Below are positions 11,928 through 25,200 of a DNA stretch of 36,694 nucleotides, one piece after another. The notes beneath the pieces were generated by a model that made no database searches, was not told the origin of the DNA, and was given only the letters and a program-made list of their open reading frames with translations. Position 1 is the first letter of the stretch. Every line of letters begins with the position of its first letter. The DNA comes from Dimargaris cristalligena (Eukaryota): assembly GCA_003614675.1 (NCBI GenBank), contig ML002373.1, positions 1 to 36,694 of the forward strand. The letters are read 5' to 3'. The translations under genes and the position numbers were made by a program.

Positions 11928-14364
11928 TTAGCTGATACCCCACCGTTCCATCCATTTAGGAGTCCGGTAATAGGTGAAAAACATGAGGGCCGCGCCGATG
12001 ACATGTACCCCGGCCAGGAGGGCAAATGCGCCATGGACCCCCCAGGTTTCTTCCACAATTTCCTCCAAGACCACGGCCAGAGTGGACACCAGGGAGCGCA
12101 TGCAGTTGTAGAGGGACGTCACTGTGGCGCTGTCGGTCAGGAACACGTCGGTTAGGAAATTACAGTACGAAGCGTACATGTGGGTCATGCTATAGCCAAC
12201 TGTAGAGAGACCGTTTTTTTTAAAAGAAAAAGAGACACCCCGTCGGAATCATAGGAAGATGGAAAGGTAAGTGGAGAGGTGGAGTAGGGGGATTGGAGGT
12301 ATTGTAAGTTGGTTGGTTGGTGGGGTTGCATTGCCCAGGGGGAATGAGGCGAGTTCATAGTTGTGTATGGGTGGAGAGGGTTGTGTAAGATCAATTTTTA
12401 AAAAATAGAAAGTTGGACAGAGTTAGTTGCGGTGTCAATAGATGATGTGTAATTACACATCGATGTGCCTCTAGGAGGTATACAAGTATAAATATATAAT
12501 AATATCACCACCGCCTTACCCCTCGCAATCCCACTCGCCAATGGCTGAAGGAGGGACTGAGGCAGAAATAACGGTGAATGCAAATGGGTATGTTGGATGG
12601 GGGACAGTACGCCTCTATCCATGCGTGGTGAATAACGTTGTTTCATAGATGACGCTAAGGGGGGTTGCGAAGGTACTTACAGAAGAATTCCACCACCATT
12701 AGACTGGCCAGCGGGAAACCGAAATGGAGGAACAGGCCGTAGAGTAATATGGTGGTCGGCATGAGCCAACTGAAGAACAGTCCACTGCGCAGCCGAAACT
12801 GTGGGTTTAGGAGTAGGTCGGGTAACGTACTGATCGTCGAGGCATTCTCCTCCTCCTCCTCCAGGTCCTTCTTCTCTGGCTGCGCGTGACTACTATGACT
12901 GTGACTATGACTATGACCATGACCATGACCATGCCTATGGTTGTGACTATGACTATGGATATGAAACTTGTGGGGTTCGGTCAGAGTGGGCGATTGAATA
13001 TCCGACATATTATCACCATGGGGGTCGGTGGAATGTCTTGTTGGAAGGCTGTCGAACTGGGCGGAGTGGGGACTGCCCGCCGCACCTTTACCGTCCTCTT
13101 TTAGCGCGAAATTACCCGTGGTGGTGGCAAAATAGCGGGCATGGGCCCGGTGCATGAGCAAATCGGCTAAACGACCGCCAATCAACGACCCAAAGATACT
13201 ACCCACGCCCACACTGATGAACGTCAAACCAATGGTCGACGGAGCCATATCGTAAAGGGCCGCGAAATTATGGGGCATGGACGCACTCACGCAGAACAGG
13301 GAGCTGTAAATGATGGAAATGTTGAATACCGTAGTCACCACGAACGGGTATTTGAGAAAGAACAAAGGCCGCAGTGGATTGAACCGCCACCGGGCGGGGG
13401 AAAAGAGGGACGTGTTGGCTAGAGTATAGGGCAGCGGGCGGAGCTGCGTCATGTGGGCCCCGGACGCTTCGGCCACGAGGGTGCGGTGCGTTTCGGGAAC
13501 GGTAAACGCAATCAGGAGCCAGAGGAATCCGCCGTAAATGGCCAGGATCCAAAACGACCAGCGCCACCCAATGGTGTCCGCGGTCAACCCTCCCACCAAC
13601 GGTCCGATCATCGGGCCCAAAAGGGACCCCAACAGAAACAGACCCAGCGCCACGCCGCGCTGGTCCTTGGCGTACAAGTCGCAAATCGTGCCCGTACCCA
13701 CGGGGGTGGCCGACGACGCCCCGAGGGCTTGGAAAAAACGGAACAGGAGGAGAATCTGAACGTTCGGAGCCAACGCTAACCCGATACACGCGAGGGTATA
13801 AATGCCGTACGAGAGAATGTAGGCCCATTTCCGGCCCCCGACATCCGATAACGGACCCCAGACCAAAGGCCCAATAGCCCCGCCGGCGAAATACAAAGAA
13901 ACGGACAGTTTCATCATGACCGACGTGGTATCAAAATCGTCCTCAATGAGTTCAATGGCCGGTAAGTAAATCGTGGAACTCAGTGAACTGGTGGCCCCCG
14001 CCAGACTTACCAGAGTCGTCATCCAGATTTTCTGACGGGCGGTGAAGACCGTGTACACTGCAGGACCGGCATCCTTATGACGGGGCCCCGACAATGCCGC
14101 TAGCTTGGATGGTGAAGCTGAAGGTGGCGGTGGTAATAAAGACGATGTGGCGGATAAGGCCGCGGAGTGTGGTTGGGACGTGGGTGGAACACTAGACAGA
14201 GTGAGTGTGGAATCGGTGATGCCACGGTCAGCGGGAGTGTACGGGGGGAGGACTCGGCGGTTGATAGCCTCCGTAGGGCTTTCCAGGGATAGTTCGGACC
14301 ACTGGTTGGTATACGCCGACGGAAGCTGGGGGGAGGAATGATATAGATGATGATGAACGGCCAT
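11928..14364 (-). CDS. MFS transporter, DHA1 drug:H+ antiporter-like (QDR/DTR1 type), about 651 aa; exons 14364-12681, 12199-11928
   Basis: Motifs SSTIYLPA, WGPLSDVGGRK (motif A), RFFQALG, GTICDLY...RG, GPMIGPLVGG (motif C), WRWSFW, VPETH, GGRLAD...PQFRL. Intron 12680-12200 (GTAAGT..CAG) joins VEFF|FGYSMTHMYASYCNFLTDVF in phase. Confidence 0.92.
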
Positions 14365-16237
14365 GGCTGGTATGGAACGTTCAATTAAATTAATAGTCTC
14401 TAGCCAGTAAGGGGAGGGTTAAGAGACGGACAGAGCGAGAGAGGCCCCGACGGGTTCTACAAAAAACTATAATAGGTGGGGGGGCTGGTAAATTAATGAA
14501 AGGTGAGCGAGACGGTAAGGTACCTAAGGCTAAAGCTTAAAATATCGGATATTTATACATCCAAAAATGGAAACCAGTACCAAACAGGTAAGTAACTGAT
14601 CAATGGCCGTAAAGGTAAACCAAATAGAAGATGCACACGGGAGGTAGATTTACTCAAACACAATATATAAATAAAACTAGACAAGAAAACTAGGCGACAA
14701 TTTTCTCTAAACAGATATTTACGGTATTAAACTGAATCGGGTGGATTCAACCTTTTCGCACTTTAGGGTGAATAGTTGTAAGGCTCTGGAATGGGGGGCC
14801 GTGGAGGGATCTATTTATATACGCCTCAGTCCCAGTTCATTCTCTCTCTCTTACTTATATTAGATGTAGCAAAGCAGTGGCGGTCTATTTCAGTATCGAG
14901 AGGAGAGAGAGATTAAGCGATAGAGTGAGGGCGCGCGTACTAGAAAGAGACGCAGTATAAGGGGAGGGGTGTCGGGAGCTGGGGGAAAATACCTCGGCCG
15001 CACTAGTTTTTTTAAGACCGCCCGTAGCTAGTTCGTGTAGTAGCACAAGGGAGAGATCCTTCTTCACAATGACGCATCGGGGAGGCCCCTGAAGAGAAAT
15101 CATTTATTATTTTAGTTTAAAAATAGCCGGCCGCATTTCCTAGGGTATATAGACCCAGGACCGCTTCGGGTCCGAAATCCGCGAAAAAGAATAGCGCAGA
15201 GGAGAGGGGGTCGCTTGCCCACTCATCCCTCTCTGTCTCTATCTCTTATTAACCATATATACGTTTACAGGGGCCCTAATGTTAGATCGGAGTAAACCTT
15301 TAACCGTCCGGCAAAAAAGCCAAAGTGCGGCGGGAGGAGAGAAGGTGGGGGGAGGGGTATAGTAGCGGTGGGCGACAGACAATTGATTTGCCATGATTAC
15401 CACTATCATTCGCTGGGTTGAGCCGTGACTGGTAGTCGGCGTGTGGCCCCTCTTCACTTACACACATGCTTTACCAGTCGTATTGCAGTATTGTTTGGCA
15501 TCATGGCAAGTGGCTCGCTTCAAACACACAATCAAACAAACACGATCTGTATATACCTTGCGGGACCTCTCCTCTCTCTTTGGGCTAAATGTCCTACTTG
15601 CTGCCACCCACCCCCTTTTCCCCCAACGGTTCCTTCGCCATCTTCATACTCTCACCACCCACATCTCCCTACCTTAAACAGAAAGTTCCCCAAGGCAGTG
15701 TGTCGATTTCATCTGCGGGAACTTATCATTTATTTACCGAGTCTGCCTCCCCTTTACATCTGGGCCCATATTGGGTAAACGAATGTAATGTAATGGAGAG
15801 AGACTTGGTGTGTGTGTAGCAGTAGAAGGCCATGTGGTATGGTAACCGGAATATAACTGAGTCAGCCTTGCGGTTTTGTTGACGGCTAAACAGGTCATTG
15901 GGATAAACCGTCTCACCGTCCACTACATGCGGCGATGTGCCGTACATGGCGCGGGGAATCTGATACCCTCCTTGACCCTTCCCCTCCCCTTATCGTTGAC
16001 CCCCACGCCATCTTAGTAACGGATTATTGATATTCTCCTTATACACCTTTACCCGCGCCGGCTTTTGCATACACGCCCTCACATAATTTCACACCTACCG
16101 CGGTCCATATACCGGTAAAATAAGCTTGGTAATTTTATTTTTTTAAATTTTATTTGGGGAAGGGGGGTATGCATAGGGCAGCAGTTGACGTTTACCTCCG
16201 ACTGTTACTTGGCCTGACTCCCTAAAAATGTAATTAA

Positions 16238-16261
16238 AATAATAATAATAATAATAATAAT
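16238..16261. repeat. (AAT)8 microsatellite
   Basis: Direct read. Confidence 0.85.
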
Positions 16262-19200
16262 ACCAATAGTAATGGAAACCGGACTCGAAAGGCACCACGC
16301 CACCTTGATCCCCCCTTTCCGTTTGCTCGTTATTACCCGATGACGCCTTTTTTAAGCATTGCCCTGGATTCCCATTTATTTTAAATAACAGTCTCGGTCC
16401 ATGGAGTGGAATGGGCCTACTTTATCTGGTTTTATGGACCCGGCCTTGGTACTCTCCAATGGCACTGCTGATTTCGGACTTAAAACCCCGTTTGGTAATC
16501 TCAGGCGAACGGCCAATGGCGACATCCGCCAGTCGGTCGTTTTGTATTCACCCATTCCGACCCGCCTCAGCGAATCATATATATATATATATAAAATAAA
16601 AACCCGCGATTTCGGAGACAAGAAAGAGAAAATGGGAGAGAGCCTCAGCCACTCATCGTAATTACCGGCTAGGGCAAACAAACCGCGATCCCAATCGGTT
16701 AATAAACCCAACTAAACGGACCACTTATAAACTAGTCCAGCTTGACGGGCATTTTCTTTCGAATCCGTATCCCTTGCATTAATGAAGGAATCGGCAGCTC
16801 CATTAGCCCATCGGTGAGGGGTGGGTGGGGAGAGGGGAGGTGGAGCCATTACTACTATACGATTACGCCGCCCTTTCCCGGGAATTACCCGACCAGGGGC
16901 GAACATATAACCAAGCGAAGGTGATGGTGCCGATGTTGATTAGGAGAGAAGAGAGGCGCACTTAACAATGAACCTCGCATCTGATTTCGAGCGATGAAAT
17001 GGGTAGAGAGAGTGAAAGGGGAGGATCCCGGACTTCGGATTCAGTCGCAAAAACCTTTTTAAACTGCGCGCGCACTCTATCCCAGTCTATTTGTCGATTA
17101 AAACCATCGCTAGCACCCGCTTAAATCCCGCCTGCCGGTAGTGCATTGATTAAACGGGCTCATTCGCTCATTCGATTTGGGCTGTCGGGCATGGGGTTAC
17201 CGTACGCCAGTGGTGGTGGGAGGAGGAGGTACATCGTCACCCAAAGATGAATTCCGTCGAACGGCGTGTGTGTGTGTGTTTAAGGAAGGGGGGCGAGACG
17301 GGAGGTCAGGTCTGAATAAGAGTAACACTCGCTATAATATCCGGCTACTGAAACCGGCTTTTACCAGCGTAAACAGTCTCTTACATTCACCCAGCCCATT
17401 GTCACTGTATTTAACATTCATTTTTCGGAATGGGACGAGCTCAAATTACGACCCATTATATTTCCAGAATAGGATTTTCCTCTCACCTCCCCCCCTCAGT
17501 ATTTGAACTCGGCTTTCGGCCGCTTAAAGATAACCCGACAATGCCACCTATCTATAGCTTTAGCGGGGGTGGCGCACCCCTTTAAGGCTGAATAGAGGCA
17601 TTGAGGGGGGAACCAGTTCCCTTTAATTTCGCACGTCAGGGGAATACGGAGGGGAGGGGAGAAAGAGGCAGTCACCGGCCACTTTCAAATACATATCGAA
17701 TAGGTCACCTCTCTCTCCCCCCCACTCTTCCCTCCCTCATCACCATTTCCCTAATTTCACCCCAGGATTCCACTTCCGACTATATATATACCTATTAGAA
17801 TAACTGATTCATTCAATATTGTAAAAACCGAAGTTTCCCCTCAGTTCCCTTTTCTATAATGACTTCCCCCCTTCCCAATTTTGACAATTCCTCTAGTTAG
17901 AGTGATCGAAGGAAAGGCCGTTTTTTTTTGGAGGGGAGGTTTGAGTTCTACAGTATTTCGGCCGTAAAAAATGATTAATTATTCGTCTATTTCGATAAGT
18001 CCTAAGGTCGATTTATCGCATCTAGATAATGAGCGATTTCGGTTATTATACAATACCCGCTTCTTATCCGGTACCCCCCGGCTCTTTAACTGGCCTCCTT
18101 CTTTCTCCCACCCCCTTTTCCCTGTTTAATATATATTTAAATAACCTATTGGCGTACATAATACCGGTTAATTCTCCGCCGGAGAAGTAGGTAATACAGA
18201 GTTGAGTCACTTATATATATATATATTGGTGTAATCGGTTTCGGAGTCTTTCAATTGATCATTCCACCATCACCGGGTTAGCTGTCCCATTCTGCACCCT
18301 TCCCGTCGGCCATGACTGCGGACTCGTTTTGCATCAAATTGCGTTTAGCGTATGGCTGGACCTGGTCTTCCCTCCGTTATCCTCCCCCCGTCTTCTCGTT
18401 TCATATTCGCCTCTAGTGTCACAATTTCTATTATTATTGAATGATCCTCCGTAGGCCTGCCTCATTTGGGGTTTGGGGCCATGTGGAATCTGCCCGGTAC
18501 CTTATTTTAACTGTATCGAAATCCGGATCAGGAAGATTGGGGGGATTGAGGTAGGCGAGTTATCAGGAGTGTGGTGGAGTTGTTTCACTTGTTCACTTTC
18601 TTGTACCTTGAGGTTGTAGAGAGGGAGATGTGTATTCTATTAGAGAGTAGATAAATCACTTTCACTAGACCGTGTCCCTCGTATATTAGGGAAACAACCT
18701 CGAACCATTGGAACTCATATTCAACCGGCTTAATGATGTATGGCTGGTGGCAGGTATAAATGAGCGCGGTATTTCCATTCAGAAAGAGAGAGTGAGAGAG
18801 ATGTACGGGAGAGGGGCAGGGCGACTGGCTATTCCAGTGGGGCTTATCCAATCCCCAGTCACAGCCGTGCATTGCAAACCTGTCAACCCAGTTTTAAAAC
18901 AGCCCATCCGCATGTATTAAAGGCTGTTCTGGTCACCGGTGAGGCATTTGCCACACGTCATCCCTTTTTGACCCACCGGTCCCATCAGGGGGTAAAAGCC
19001 GACACCTAAACCTGATTGCTTATTTTTCTGGGATGATCTTTGTTCCTAATCAATGAAACTAAGTGCCCCCCGAGGGGGGTGGAAGTAGACCGGTGTGACT
19101 CCCAATAACTAAATATACAAGTATATATCTATATTATTTAACCAGAGATAATTAATAGTCACGCCATTTGAACCTTTGAAAATGGGTGGCGATATTTCCC

Positions 19201-22200
19201 TCGTTGGGGATTAGGTGGATTTTGCAGGAGTCGCCAGGGCGTGGGTTTTGAGGGAATATGCCCAGCTTACTTGCAGTCATCAGCCATTGTATCCCCCCAC
19301 CCAACCCCCCACTTCATAGGAAAATCGGAGAGAGACCTTATCAGTTTTATCATGATTCATTGATATCTGGAGTAACCGGATGCAGCACTAGCCATCGGGA
19401 ATCACTTTCATTACCCGGAAATTAACAGGCAAATTTACAGTGCAGGATTATTTTTTTTAGATATGTGGTTTCATCACCTAAGTGTACCTTTCTAAAAAAA
19501 TATCGAATTAGACAGAGTTCAGCAGGCTGAGTTGTTCAAGTATCGAAAAATACCCAATGCAAAGCCTTTTTGACCAGGAATCAGAGGCTATATATTATAG
19601 GACATCCTTTGGGATTACAGCATCCATATAATCGCTACGGAATACGACCCCTCATTGCATAGATTAAAAAAGCCTTATGCCAAATTAGTGTTACTGGTTG
19701 AAATCGTACGCATCCAGTCCGGCTTGTCCCCAGCGGCATTTTATTTTCCAATAAATATAAATAAAAAATGGTATGTTAGGCTTCTGCCATATAAATTTTC
19801 TCATCAAGGCGCCCCTTACCCATTCTCGCATAAGTCCATAAACCATCGGTTACAACCCCGGCTAAATAAAGGTTCGGTGACAGGCAAGGGGGGGAGGGAG
19901 GGTACGGGGGAATTGATGCCTCGCCGGTCATTTCACTAAGACGGTATTGTATTTCGATGGCTACACAGTTCTTGGCTACGGAACGAGCTACCAGTAGTCT
20001 ATACTCTACCCTGTAATCCATACGGAAGCGGTACGGCCAGACTATATAATGAAGAGTCCGTTTAACCATTAGGCATTTATCGGTTAAACATAAACCGACC
20101 ACCCCGTTTCCCATTTAAAGTTCCTACAAATCCCACTATATAGGCTGGCTAAATTTCATTCATAGGGTTATAGTAGTATGCAGACAAAAGCCAATCCGAG
20201 GAGTTGGTTCTTGAAGTGAGAAAACTGCATGTACCTCACTACGTGCCCCATGACCTCTGATGGTGCCCATTGGGTAACCAGTGGCTATATACTATTGGGT
20301 TTTCGTTGGCATCAATGGGGCCCGGAAACTTGTTACGGCGGCATTGTTTAATACTGCTGCAATTGTAGGGGGAGATGCAAAAAGAAGAGTGTGTTAACAT
20401 ATCACTTTCATTTCCTTCGCCCGAATTCAGTAGTTTAGGGCGGAAGGAGAGATTTCAATGGGGTCGATGCACTTATTCGGCTGTCCAGTGGTAGATGATG
20501 GTCTGGCTAGCCACTCTAATTACGTGCCAGAGTCCAAATAAGTAGATTTCCCAAGTGTATAGCACTGGGAGGCATACTGCCTGTTATTCATTGATAGGAA
20601 CCTGCAAGGGGAGGGGGTATTAATATATGGGTACCTTAGTCTAGGATACTAAGCGGGTATGGGCTTATAAGTATTTATTTGGACAGTCTAGATATATAAT
20701 AAGCTATGAAATAGCAGGTTGCAACTGGGCGGAATAGTATTTATACACAGAAACGCCGTTAGGAGAACTATGCAATGCTAATAGTGGCGGAGCCGTAAGG
20801 TATTCTCCGGTATCCAGAAGCGACTTCAAAGTGGCCATGAGAATTCGCCGGAGGCATTCGGGGGGCGGCCGGGGGATGCTTAGCGACCATCATGCCACTG
20901 GGTGCTGCTATGGGAAAAGGCCCAGCTGTCTAATAATGCCTTTCAGTTAACATATAAGACAATGCGCCTGGTTGGAATTGTGCAGGCTACCCAGTACAGC
21001 TGTCGATGTTGGGTATTGGATGGGGTTTCTCATCCCAAATCGTAGGGATAGCCACTAGATAGCGCTATTAACTAACTCGATGCCAAGACATGGTAGCCCA
21101 TTCAAAGATACGCTTAGCCTAGCGAAGAGGGGTGTGGAGGTCCCTATGGCCATGCAATGGGCCCTTTAAGCCTTTCCAAATAAATATATTATAGACCATT
21201 TCAATTGAATCATTCTACCATTATTCTGATGAAGAGCAATTGGGTACCAAACCAGAATTTGTGGGCCAAATGAAATATCCCCCATACCGTCTGATTTATA
21301 TTTCCAGCCCCAACAATAAGGCATGGGCCATTCACCTCCCACTCATCACAGGTAAGTAATATGATATTGTCAAGCATTGCGTTGTCCATGATGACATTCC
21401 AACTTTCTTCAGTTTCAAGATTACCAGTCAGGTTGGGGGTATTAGCAGCCTAGGGGCTTGGCTGTGGTCACTCGGCGAAATAAAGCAAAGACTAGGGTCA
21501 GTTTGCCCCCAAAGAAGTCCGTCTTAAAAGGTGAACCTACCCTGCCCCTAGCCCCTTCCCTTCCTGCTCCGGTACAACGTAATTTAGAAAATACACCGCC
21601 TATATAATGTATAAAAAACGTCAGCCCATTATCTCATGTTTATTAAAAATCAAGGTATTGTCCCGATTAGGCAGGGTTGGCGAATTACGGTAGCTGTGGT
21701 TTTAAGTACCCAGTTGACCCTTACCTAGCTGCCCTGTATTGGAGCGGGCGAGGTGGAAGGCGGAGGGTAACTTAACTGAGTCGCAGCCTCTATAATACAT
21801 AAATACCAAGAGATGCACCCAATCGAGGTGCTTTACAAGTCCGATTTCTACCTTTCTCCTCCCAGCCTCGGATGTTCCTCTAATTAATTGAGACTCTTTT
21901 ATTTGGTGTAGGCTGGGTGCCACTGATAAGGTAGATGGTGCATCTTATAGCATAAATTTAGCCGCTTTGGTATTTCAGCCTAGCGGCCGACCCTGCATAC
22001 CCCACTTTTACTAGTGTAATGGCAGCGCTAAGTGAAACGACCTTGTGGGTTTTGAGTATTCCACTACTTTCATTCGCATTTCCGGTTATCTACATTCCAT
22101 GTGGCGTCTATTACTATGTCTATGTGTCTTAACTTGCTAGCCTGCAAATAAGGGGGGGTGATGGACCAATAGCCTCCATTGTAATCGGGCCTTTTTCACC

Positions 22201-23221
22201 AATAGGGGGGGAGGGTTAAGGAATTAGTTTAATGTGAAAGATAAGGTTTAATAGGAGGGAGATTAGGTATTAAACCAATCAGCCACTAGTTCGGAACCCC
22301 ACAGTGTGTATACTGTTACCCTGTTTTAAGCACGTGTACCGCCGAGCCAGCTGTAGTTTTTCTACTTTTGGGCTGTACATTTGGTTCTTGCATCCCCACT
22401 AGCCGGGATGGTATCTGCAGGCTGTGCCACCCTACTTTATGGGCCTGTCACACATCCTATTGCTCTCTCCCGTACTGTCGGGTCACTTTGTCATTAGGCG
22501 CTAGTAATGGCGACTGAGCCATATTGAGCTGATACTGGAGTAGTAGTGATGGCGGCAATGTAGCCATCGACTTCGGCAGCCGTGGACCCGTTGCCTATCC
22601 AGGCTAAGCGGCTTACGAACCCTGGAAAATGGGCCGACCACTCTGGTGCTGGCTATCTAATTGAATATGGTATCTATGGCGCTTCACAAGAGTTGAGAAA
22701 CGGCCGTAGTTTGGGTGGCTATTTTTCCCCCCTTGGCTTGCGTATTGCCCTGGAGATGCTTACGTTGCCTAATGATTGGCGGAGGCTGACTGGTGGGGAG
22801 AAGAAGGGTTGTGGTGTGAGAATCGCGAGGACTTTTCGTCACCACAGCACACACCACGCTGCTGGACCCTATCATGTTTATCCATTTTTTTCAGTACTGC
22901 GCTTTTTCCAACCAAGTAGAATTCCCGCAATTATTATTAATGCCCCAGCCAAAATACACATACAACAGGAAGATTGCCGACCCCGTTTGAGGCCTATTTT
23001 CTCAATTATTAATCCAACTGTCCCAAGCTCCGTTCCCTTGTTTTCTTCATTGACCTTAAGTTTGTTTTCCCTATTTCCCCGTTTATCGCTGTTCTATATA
23101 TCCTATAGCTTTCCCTCCCAAGACCAGTTGGTTCGCCTGGTATACAAAGAATCTTCGCCGCTCCATTCATTGCCTGCTCCTCCGATTATCCCTCTTCCTA
23201 CCTCCTCCTCCTCCTCCTACC

Positions 23222-24379
23222 ATGTCGCCCACCGCCTCAAATAAAGCCCTGGCCACCGAGGCCCCCACTCCTATCCCCTGCGTCAGTCCGCCCAGCCAAT
23301 ACTACCGCCTTCCCCGCCGCATCCTGACCGCCGACCAACAGGCTCTTCTCGACCAGTTCACCGCCAGCCTACCTACCTTGGTCGCCCAGACCCCCGAAGC
23401 CGACCGGGCGAAACACACCGCCTTCTGTACTTCCGCCTGTCTGCAGCGCTACCTCCGCGCCCATAAATGGCAGCTCGACCGGGCCCAAACCGGCCTGACC
23501 AAAACTTTGCAATGGCGCAGCGAGTACCGCCCTGACGAAATCACTCCCGCCGAAATCGAGTCCGAGGCCGTCCGGGGTAAGATGTACCCCAACGGTTACG
23601 ACCTGTTCGGTCGGTCCGTGATTTACATGCGCCAGCGCCTTAACCACACCAGTGACGCCAAAATGCAGATGCGGTACCTGGTGTTCACCCTCGAGCGGGC
23701 GGTGCAAATGCTGCCCGACGGTCTTACTGACGGCCCCGCTTGCCCCGAATCCCTCAGTCTGCTCATCGACTGCGAGGGCTGGTCCATGTCCACTGGCGTA
23801 CCCCTCAGTACGGCCCGGGAAACGCTGACCATTTTGGGGTCGCACTACCCCGAACGGCTGGGTCACGCTTTTGTGGTCAACGCCCCGTGGTTGTTTTGGA
23901 CTTTTTTTAAAATCGTATCCCCGTTTGTGGACCCCGTCACCCGGCGTAAAATTAATTTCGTGGACTTGAAAACCCAACATGACCTGCCGTTGTTGCAGTT
24001 CAACGATATGGAAAAGGTCATTCGGCCTTCTTCATCGACCGAGGCTGACCCCACCCCAACCTCACCATCGTCGCCGCCACCTCCCACTACCACTACCACC
24101 CCATTAGTGACTCGTCCGCTCTATAACATTCCGCACTCCCACCGGAATCTGCCGTCGACGCAGGGACTGGAACCCTTCCATTTCTTCGACCCGTCCGAAC
24201 CAGCCGATAAGGTGAACAGGAAGTCGGGTGGCAAATCGAGCGAAATCTGGACCAATCTCCGCAACCACTTCAGTGACGATTACCTAGAAGCCTCCGAAAG
24301 TGGCCGATTTAACTTCCAATATAATCATGAACATACCTGGCCCCATTTCGTCAAGCTGTACGAACAGCTCCGGTCGTAA
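23222..24379 (+). CDS. Sec14-like CRAL-TRIO lipid transfer protein (Pdr16/Sfh3-like), 385 aa
   Basis: CLQRYLRAHKW..., TLQWRSEYRPDEI...ESEAVRGKMY..GYD..GR.VIYMR, LVFTLERAV, ILGSHYPERLG.AFVVNAPW.FW.FFKIVSPFVDPVTRRKI, terminal FQYNHEHTWP; strongly C-ending codons. Confidence 0.92.
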   Translation: MSPTASNKALATEAPTPIPCVSPPSQYYRLPRRILTADQQALLDQFTASLPTLVAQTPEADRAKHTAFCTSACLQRYLRAHKWQLDRAQTGLTKTLQWRSEYRPDEITPAEIESEAVRGKMYPNGYDLFGRSVIYMRQRLNHTSDAKMQMRYLVFTLERAVQMLPDGLTDGPACPESLSLLIDCEGWSMSTGVPLSTARETLTILGSHYPERLGHAFVVNAPWLFWTFFKIVSPFVDPVTRRKINFVDLKTQHDLPLLQFNDMEKVIRPSSSTEADPTPTSPSSPPPPTTTTTPLVTRPLYNIPHSHRNLPSTQGLEPFHFFDPSEPADKVNRKSGGKSSEIWTNLRNHFSDDYLEASESGRFNFQYNHEHTWPHFVKLYEQLRS

Positions 24380-25200
24380 ATGATGAAAAAACGGGCATTC
24401 ATTTTCCGGGCGTGTGGTTAACTCAGCTATGCGGAATCCCCTAACCGTACTCAGCAGCATCCACTCTTTTGCCCGCTATTACTAATCCGTATTTCTTCAG
24501 GTGCAAAATGGCACATCATACTACCTCCTAATCCATGTATTGCTCGACTTGCACCTGAATATCACAGTCCTATATTTATTTTTTTGAAATACCATCCAGT
24601 CAAAATACAAAACATAAGCATACATACAACAATACGCATGGGCGAACTTCATAGTAACTATCTAACATTTTGAATGAACTACAGTCGGGAACATGAATGC
24701 GATGAGTTCGTTCAGTCAAATAGGTTGATTAAGTATTAATTGCAAATTAAGATGAGCGTTAATATTTAACGAAGGATGGTTTACTTACGATGATTATGAA
24801 GGCATACTGGTGGATTAGCGATTGCCCAGTAACAGCCCTCGAATAGGAGCAATAGTCATCTGAGGGCCTATATTAGGGCAGGCCCATGGTTTCTTTTATA
24901 TCGGGACATTTGAGGACCTCGTTTAGACGTAACTCGGGGCAGTAGTGGTCCGGCCAGCAGCGATCAACATCCTTGTAGGAGCCGTCTACGGCTGTATCGT
25001 CCAATGGCGGAGTACTACCAGTTGGTGCCATGGTCGGACCCCCGGTTGTATGGGCACCCTGGTCAGTACTGCGGCTCCCGGTACTGCGGCACCAGCAGGA
25101 TATAAGGTATCTCGTCAGGCCTCTTTGAAGTTTTCGTTCATTTCTTTTCTCTTCGTTTTTTGAATTGGTCTACAATTTTTCTGGTAAGTCAACCTTGTAG

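Noticed and set aside
20780..20885. Minus-strand PRPPPECLRRIL resembling an F-box start
   Set aside because: In-frame stop just upstream, no start codon or clear acceptor, and the remaining F-box pattern is absent.
22582..23244. 220-codon ORF upstream of the Sec14 gene
   Set aside because: GTG start, low-complexity pyrimidine-rich promoter/5'UTR composition and no domain.
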